Assembly (NCBI GenBank): GCA_031364845.1
Contig: JANLWX010000007.1
Coordinates: forward strand, 64,001 to 128,000
Direction of reading: 5' to 3'
Source: Candidatus Eiseniibacteriota bacterium
Lineage (GTDB): Bacteria > Eisenbacteria > RBG-16-71-46
Length of the DNA stretch: 64,000 bases
Positions 58,398 through 64,000 of the stretch are shown here, piece after piece. Within the stretch, counting starts at the first letter, position 1; each line of letters opens with the position of its first letter. A program made the translations under genes and the position numbers. Under the pieces are notes generated by a model that ran no database searches, was not told where the DNA came from, and was given only the letters and a program-made list of their open reading frames with translations.

Positions 58398-59615
58398 GTG
58401 CGAAGGACTCGCCGTCTGATGTCGTTTGTGACAACGCTGCTGATCGCGACCTCCGCGTCGTTCGCCGCCGTGCGTGCGGACGGTCCGGTCGCCACACCGG
58501 GCGTGACCACGCTCACCGGCCTGCGTTCGTGGTCGGCTCCTTCGAACACTCGTGTGGTTCTCGCCTTTTCGGCGATGGTGACGCCGGTGGCGCCTGACTC
58601 CGGCAAGAGCCGCGAGTTGGTGGTCGCGTTCCCGGGCGAGACGCTGCCGCGCGCGGCCGACGTTCCCTCGATGCTCGCCGTTCGCGACGGGCTCATCGAC
58701 TCGGTCGTCGTGCAGGATTCGCCGACCGGCGCGCGCGTGCTCATCACCTTCCGCGACACGGTCAAGTTCCGCGTGTTCCCGTTGCCGGGCGAGGCGGACA
58801 AGCAGTACCGCCTGGTCGTGGACGTGGCGCGCCCGGGTGGCGCGGCGGCCGAAGAGAAACGACTCGCAGGCATCGCGAACGCGAAGAAGCGCGACCGCGT
58901 CCGCATCGTCACGGTCGATGCCGGACACGGAGGCGACGACACCGGAGCGCGCGGCCCGCGCAACGTGCTCGAGAAGCGCGTCACGCTCGGCGTCGCCAAG
59001 GCGCTGGTCGAGGAGCTCAACAAGATTCCCGGCATTCGCGCGGTCAACACGCGCGACGGCGATTTCTTCATCCCGCTGCGCGAGCGCTATCGAATCGCCG
59101 AACGCATGAACGCCGATCTGTTCGTGAGCATCCACGCGAACTCCTCACGGCGTCGCGGGAGCGGCAAGGGCACGGAGGTCTACTTTCTGTCGGTGCGCGG
59201 CGCGAGCGATCAGGCCACGCAGGATCTGGCTGACATCGAAAACGCGGCCGATCAGCTGGGCGGCGTGCCTTCGCAGGCCGAGGATGATCTCGTGAACATC
59301 CTCTACGACGTGAAGCGCAGCTCAGCCCAGCAGCAGAGTCAGTTGCTGGCGGAAACGCTGCTCGACCACCTGGGCGAAGACCGCCGCCTCGAGCAGCGCG
59401 GCGTGAAGCAGGCGGGATTCGCCGTGCTCAAGTCGGTCGAATTCCCGTCCGTACTGGTTGAGACCGCGTTCATCAACAACCCGGTCGAAGCCAAACTGCT
59501 CGGAAATCCGGAGTTCCAGAAGCAGCTCGGCCGCCAGCTCGCCGCCGGCGTGAAGATGTACTTCCAACGGGCGGGAGTCACGCTTGGCTCGGAGACCTCG
59601 CAGGCGAGGCCATAG
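58398..59615 (+). CDS. N-acetylmuramoyl-L-alanine amidase with AMIN-like domain (AmiC-like)
   Basis: TRVVL...YRLVVDV, VDAGHGGDD.GA.G...EK, LFVSIHAN, FAVLK..PSVLVETAFINN. Confidence 0.92.
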   Translation: MRRTRRLMSFVTTLLIATSASFAAVRADGPVATPGVTTLTGLRSWSAPSNTRVVLAFSAMVTPVAPDSGKSRELVVAFPGETLPRAADVPSMLAVRDGLIDSVVVQDSPTGARVLITFRDTVKFRVFPLPGEADKQYRLVVDVARPGGAAAEEKRLAGIANAKKRDRVRIVTVDAGHGGDDTGARGPRNVLEKRVTLGVAKALVEELNKIPGIRAVNTRDGDFFIPLRERYRIAERMNADLFVSIHANSSRRRGSGKGTEVYFLSVRGASDQATQDLADIENAADQLGGVPSQAEDDLVNILYDVKRSSAQQQSQLLAETLLDHLGEDRRLEQRGVKQAGFAVLKSVEFPSVLVETAFINNPVEAKLLGNPEFQKQLGRQLAAGVKMYFQRAGVTLGSETSQARP

Positions 59616-59652
59616 CGCTAGCTATGCGTTTTCTCAGGACATTCTTGCCACC

Positions 59653-59775
59653 GGCAGGCTGCTGAGAAGTCCGAGTGCAAGGCGCGAGGAAGCGAGGAGC
59701 GAGACGTGTCCGCAGGACACTTCGCAGCGACGAGCGCCTGAGCAACGCAGCAATCGGGCTTCTCAGCGGCCTGCC
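59653..59775. repeat. MITE/REP-like element, long copy (123 bp)
   Basis: Terminal IRs GGCAGGCTGCTGAGAAGTCCGA / TCGGGCTTCTCAGCGGCCTGCC; homologous to 58257-58332. Confidence 0.8.
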
Positions 59776-62700
59776 TTTTCGATCCGCTTCTCGGGCGCAT
59801 AGTCGATCTGCTTGCCGTCCTTCGTGAGCTTGATCACGAACTGCTCGATCGCATCGCGAACCCGGGCATCGGTCTCGAGGCGGTTGCGCCCACCCGACAG
59901 CACCGAATAGTCGTCACCGCCGGTCGCCATGAAGTCGTTGCACGCGACCTTGTAGAGGCGCTGCGGATCGAGCGGCTTGCCGTCTGCCAGCGTCAGTGAC
60001 ACCACACGCTCCCCGGCGGGTGCCGTCAGGTCGAATGAATATCGGATGCCGCTCACCTGCGTTACCCGTTCGCCGCGCAGCCCCTGCTCGAGTGCCGTCT
60101 TCACATCGGCGCCCGTGATCTCCAGCGTGAACACGCGATTGTCGAACGGCATCACCTCGTAGACCGTGCCCTTGGTCACCGGGCCTTCCGCGAGGTCGGC
60201 GCGCAGTCCGCCGCTGTTCTGCATCGCCACGTCGACACCGCTCGCTGCGCGAATCGCGTCGGTCACGAAGTTGCCGAGCGTCGATTCACCGCCGCGGTTG
60301 CGCGTGAGGCGCCGCACGTTGGTGCCGAGGCGCTGATCGGCGATCGGAGCCACCGCTGCGTTCCACATCGCCACGCGCGCCTGCACGGCAGGATCGGCCG
60401 TCACTTCATCGGCATACGTGGTGCGCAGATCGCAACGGCGCTCGATGACGCTACGCGTTACCGGATCGGTCACGAGGTCGCACACCGCGATCGTTCCGCC
60501 GTGCGAACCCGCGATCGCGATCGGGATGCCGTCCACTTCGTCGAGCACCAGATTGTGGCTGTGCCCTCCGAACACCGCATCGAATCCCGGGACGCGCGCA
60601 ACGCGGTTCAGGTCGCCGCCGCGTGACTTGCGGTTGGAATCGCTCTCGGACGGGACATGGCCGACGCCAAGCACCACGTCGGAGAGCGGCCGCAGACGCG
60701 GAACCACTTCCGCCGCGGCGGTCGAGTCGTCGATGAACTGCAGATGAGCGACGTACTTCGACAGCGTCACCGACGGCGTATAGCGATACGAGAGGCCGAC
60801 CACACCCACGCGCGCGCCTCGGCGTGTGAACGAGGTGTCGGACCGCACCCAGTCCGGAAGCCGGCCGGTCTTGCGTTCGCGCATGTTGGCACTCAGCACC
60901 GCGAAGTTCATCTCGCGTGTGCGCTGCACCAGCGTGTCCGGGCCCCAGTCGAATTCGTGATTGCCGACCGCTGCCGCCGCGTAGCCGAGCGCATTCATCT
61001 GCGCAGCGACCGGCCGGCCGAACTGGAGGTTCGAGATCATCGTGCCCTGGAACATGTCGCCACCGTCGATCAGCACGGTGCCCTCGGGATTCTCCGCGCG
61101 CAGCTTCTCGACCCACGCCGCGAGCACCACCGAACCGCCGGACGAGCGATTGTTGCGCGGGGCGCCCGGCAGGATCGCGCCGTGGAAGTCGGTGGTCTCG
61201 AGCACGCGGAGGGTGGGGAAGCGGGCATTGGCAATCATGCCGAGCGCCTGTGCCCGCGTCGGAGCCGGGCCAATCGTCGAGACACCGGTGAGCAGCGCGC
61301 GCCGGAACGACGCGATCGCTTCGTCCTTCGATACGCCGGGGGCGGACTCGAGCCCTGCGTAGTGCGAACGCAACGCCGCCTGCGTGCAGGCTTCAGCGAT
61401 CGCGTCGCGGGTGACGGGATCGCGAACGGAGATCCCCGCGCGACGCGTTGCCGCCGCCCAGTTCTGCGACGCGTCCGCGCGATCCGCCGTGCTGTCGGAG
61501 CGCCACCCGTAAGCGCGCGCGATCCACTCCTCGACTTCGATTCCGAGCGCCGGCGCATCCGCCCGCAGTCCCCGCACGGACTCCGGCGTCATCACGTCGC
61601 GCCGCACGAGCAGGTCGATCAGCGGGCGCTCGGCTGACGTCGCATGATCGGGCCGCAGCGACCACGCGTTCGGCGCAGCACCTTCGTAAGTACCGGCGCT
61701 CGCGATTTGGCGCGCCATCGCCTCGCGCACCGTGAGGCCGATCGAGCGCAGGCGCCGCGCGCGGCGCACCGCATCGAAACCGCCGCCGCCGTTCATGCGG
61801 TAGCTGTTCACGACCACCTTGAAGCGCTGGGCCGGTTCCACCGCCACGCCCCGGAATTTCAGATCCAGGATCCGCTCACCCGCGGGCCGCGTGAGATCGA
61901 TCGCGTACTCGACTCCGGACGCGGTGTCGAAGTTGTAGCCCGGGAACGCGGGATCGAACAGCGGCGTGCCCGCCGCGTAGCGATATTCCGTGAACGCCCG
62001 TGCCGACTGCTCGAGAGCTTCCCGCAACTCGGACCCGGTCATCTCGACCACGCCGAGTGAGTTGGCGTAGGGGTAGACCCGCAGCAAATCGCCGCGCGTG
62101 ACGCGTCCGGCCGCGATCCGCGTCGCAGGGTCGGGCAGCGCCGCGAGCGAGACGTCGGCGCCCGAAGCCGCGAGCTGTGCGCGATGGATCAGCTCCCACA
62201 ACGAGCCGTTCGCCAGCCGGCCGCGCGGCGCATCGAGATCGGCGCTCGTGAGCCCGACTTCCTGCGCCAGCAAAGCCAGCGCTTCGTCGTGCCACGGTTT
62301 CGCGAGCGCCGACAACGCCGGATCGTCCGAGACCGTGTCGGTGACCGCGGCCATGTATCCGCGATTCTGACTGATGCGCCACGGACTGTCCGGAGTCTCG
62401 CGCGTGAACGTCAGCTCCACGCGCCCGAGCTGCTCACCGTTCTTTCCGGCCTGCGTCACGAGCACGCCCTGAATGCGCGCGAACGGAATCACCGCATGCG
62501 AGTGTCCGAGCACCAGCACGTCGATCCCCGGCACCTGCGTCGCGAGCCGGTGGCCCCAGTTCTCGTCGGGCGTGTCGCCGCGGCGCTCGATGCCGGTGAC
62601 CGGGTCGCGCTCGAGTCCGGTGTGCGCCACCAGCACGACCGCATCGCAGCGTTCCTGAGTGCGCAGACGGTCGGCTTCCTGGCGCGCCGCCACAACCGGA

Positions 62701-63275
62701 TCGTCGAAGCGCACGCCCTTCACATTGGTGGTGTCCATGAAGCGCGGCACGGCCGGCGTGCAGATTCCGATCAGGCCGATCCGCAGCGGGCCCGCCACCT
62801 TCACGATCGACGGCACCAGCAGCGAGCGCCCATCGCGCGATCGCACGACGTTCGCACCGAGCCAGGGGAATCGCGACGTCTTGCGCGCGCGCTCGAGCAT
62901 GTTCCAGCCGTAATCGAATTCGTGATTGCCGGCCACCATCGCGTCGTATCCGAGCGCGTTCATGGCCGTGATCATCGGATCGGGCCGCCGCTGCGGTCCC
63001 ATGCGATACGCGGCCTCGACGCCGCCTTCGATCGCATCGCCCGCATCGACCAGAATCGTCGGAGCTTCACCCGCGCGCGCCGCGCGGATCAGCGTGGCGA
63101 GTTTCACGAGCCCGCGGTTGGATGGCTTGCCGACGGCGTAGTCCCACGACGTGAGTGCGCCGTGCAGATCGGTGGTGTGGAGCAGAGAGACTTTGGCCTG
63201 TTCGGCGGCGGTCGCGGGCAGCGCGAGGGCGAACGTGATCAGCGAGATCAGCGAGGCGTAACGGAGAGTGCGCAT
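59763..63275 (-). CDS. Secreted tandem 2',3'-cyclic phosphodiesterase / 5'-nucleotidase (YfkN/CpdB-UshA-like)
   Basis: Two metallophosphoesterase modules (TTDLHG...DAGD...GNHEFDYG...GHSH and TTDFHG...DGGD...GNHEFDWG...GGHSH), each followed by a 5'-nucleotidase C domain. Confidence 0.9.
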   Translation of the reverse strand: MRTLRYASLISLITFALALPATAAEQAKVSLLHTTDLHGALTSWDYAVGKPSNRGLVKLATLIRAARAGEAPTILVDAGDAIEGGVEAAYRMGPQRRPDPMITAMNALGYDAMVAGNHEFDYGWNMLERARKTSRFPWLGANVVRSRDGRSLLVPSIVKVAGPLRIGLIGICTPAVPRFMDTTNVKGVRFDDPVVAARQEADRLRTQERCDAVVLVAHTGLERDPVTGIERRGDTPDENWGHRLATQVPGIDVLVLGHSHAVIPFARIQGVLVTQAGKNGEQLGRVELTFTRETPDSPWRISQNRGYMAAVTDTVSDDPALSALAKPWHDEALALLAQEVGLTSADLDAPRGRLANGSLWELIHRAQLAASGADVSLAALPDPATRIAAGRVTRGDLLRVYPYANSLGVVEMTGSELREALEQSARAFTEYRYAAGTPLFDPAFPGYNFDTASGVEYAIDLTRPAGERILDLKFRGVAVEPAQRFKVVVNSYRMNGGGGFDAVRRARRLRSIGLTVREAMARQIASAGTYEGAAPNAWSLRPDHATSAERPLIDLLVRRDVMTPESVRGLRADAPALGIEVEEWIARAYGWRSDSTADRADASQNWAAATRRAGISVRDPVTRDAIAEACTQAALRSHYAGLESAPGVSKDEAIASFRRALLTGVSTIGPAPTRAQALGMIANARFPTLRVLETTDFHGAILPGAPRNNRSSGGSVVLAAWVEKLRAENPEGTVLIDGGDMFQGTMISNLQFGRPVAAQMNALGYAAAAVGNHEFDWGPDTLVQRTREMNFAVLSANMRERKTGRLPDWVRSDTSFTRRGARVGVVGLSYRYTPSVTLSKYVAHLQFIDDSTAAAEVVPRLRPLSDVVLGVGHVPSESDSNRKSRGGDLNRVARVPGFDAVFGGHSHNLVLDEVDGIPIAIAGSHGGTIAVCDLVTDPVTRSVIERRCDLRTTYADEVTADPAVQARVAMWNAAVAPIADQRLGTNVRRLTRNRGGESTLGNFVTDAIRAASGVDVAMQNSGGLRADLAEGPVTKGTVYEVMPFDNRVFTLEITGADVKTALEQGLRGERVTQVSGIRYSFDLTAPAGERVVSLTLADGKPLDPQRLYKVACNDFMATGGDDYSVLSGGRNRLETDARVRDAIEQFVIKLTKDGKQIDYAPEKRIEKAGR

Positions 63276-63442
63276 ATTAAGGAAGGAACGCTAGCACCGG
63301 CGCGAAACCAGCGTCAATAATTCGGGTGGAGATTTGCGGCGGTCCGGTGTCCCGCGCTTCGTGGCCTGGCGACCGCGCGAATGTCCGCGTTTCGCAAGCC
63401 CGCGGCTTGCCCGTCACGCACACGTACTCCTAGTATCGCGCC

Positions 63443-64000
63443 GTGAGCGAACTCATCGCGTGCCCCGACTGTGGCCATCGCAATCCTTCCGGAGCGCGAA
63501 GCTGCGAGCACTGCAACTTCCCGCTCGTGCCTCCGCAGCACGCGGATGCCGACGCGCTTCCCGAGCCGGCGCCCGCCGCCACCACGGGACCCGTTCCGCC
63601 GCACGTCGTCGAACCCGAGACGCCGCTTGCGGCACCCGCCCCCGAAGTGGTGCCGCCGGTCGTGCTGCGCCGGCCGACGCCACCGCGCCCGCGCGGCAAC
63701 ACGCAGATCGTTTCACTTTGGCTGATGTTCGCGGTGGTCGCGGCGATGGCGCTGGTGTGGCTCGCGATCAAGACCAACCTCGACCGGCAGAATGCGCCGA
63801 TCGAAGGGGCCAAGCCGGATCAACAGGAGCGCGCCAACGAGATGCGCGCGATCCTCGCCAAGGACTCGACCGACATCGCGGCCCATGTCGGGCTCGCGGA
63901 CGTGCTCTACGACTCCGGAAACTGGCCCGAAGCGATCGTTCACTACCGCGCCGCCGTGAGCCGCGATTCGAGTCTGACCACGGCACTGGTCGATCTCGGC
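63443..64000 (+). CDS. Zinc-ribbon + TM + TPR protein, 3' end outside window
   Basis: Absent from the ORF track. Manual translation from GTG 63443: MSELIACPDCGHRNPSGARSCEHCNFPL, Pro-rich linker, TM (IVSLWLMFAVVAAMALVWLAI), TPR (AHVGLADVLYDSGNWPEAIVHY). Confidence 0.85.
   Translation, partial: MSELIACPDCGHRNPSGARSCEHCNFPLVPPQHADADALPEPAPAATTGPVPPHVVEPETPLAAPAPEVVPPVVLRRPTPPRPRGNTQIVSLWLMFAVVAAMALVWLAIKTNLDRQNAPIEGAKPDQQERANEMRAILAKDSTDIAAHVGLADVLYDSGNWPEAIVHYRAAVSRDSSLTTALVDLG

Overview
GC-rich (visually ~65-70%) bacterial chromosome segment. PorV-like and FlgD/T9SS-type C-terminal-domain proteins, lpxH and sigma54 systems point to a diderm FCB-group organism, possibly Candidatus Eisenbacteria-like (inference only). 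The left 14.7 kb is an enediyne-type PKS cassette split into two divergent operons: unbL-pksE-thioesterase-AhpD-like-MMPL on the minus strand, running off the window edge, and unbV (frameshifted)-TPR protein-unbU on the plus strand. The AhpD-like gene has an in-frame UGA at its CxxC cysteine followed by a SECIS-like hairpin, so it is a probable selenoenzyme inside the PKS operon. A second probable selenoprotein (OsmC-like) is translationally coupled to a squalene/phytoene synthase. At 47-55 kb, a small secreted-peptide gene and a TPR-GAF-AAA+ sigma54 activator are followed by a sigma54 promoter, a ~430-nt highly structured non-coding RNA candidate, and a second sigma54 promoter leading an operon of exported proteins, two of which share a CxDCH...DPYYxxC motif. 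The rest is largely housekeeping: caa3 oxidase operon, tRNA-fMet, ftsB-eno, ECF sigma/anti-sigma, ntrYX-like system, rlmN, ppx, lpxH, degP, amidase and a tandem nucleotidase, plus two copies of a MITE/REP-like element. All family calls come from motif recognition by eye; no searches were run.
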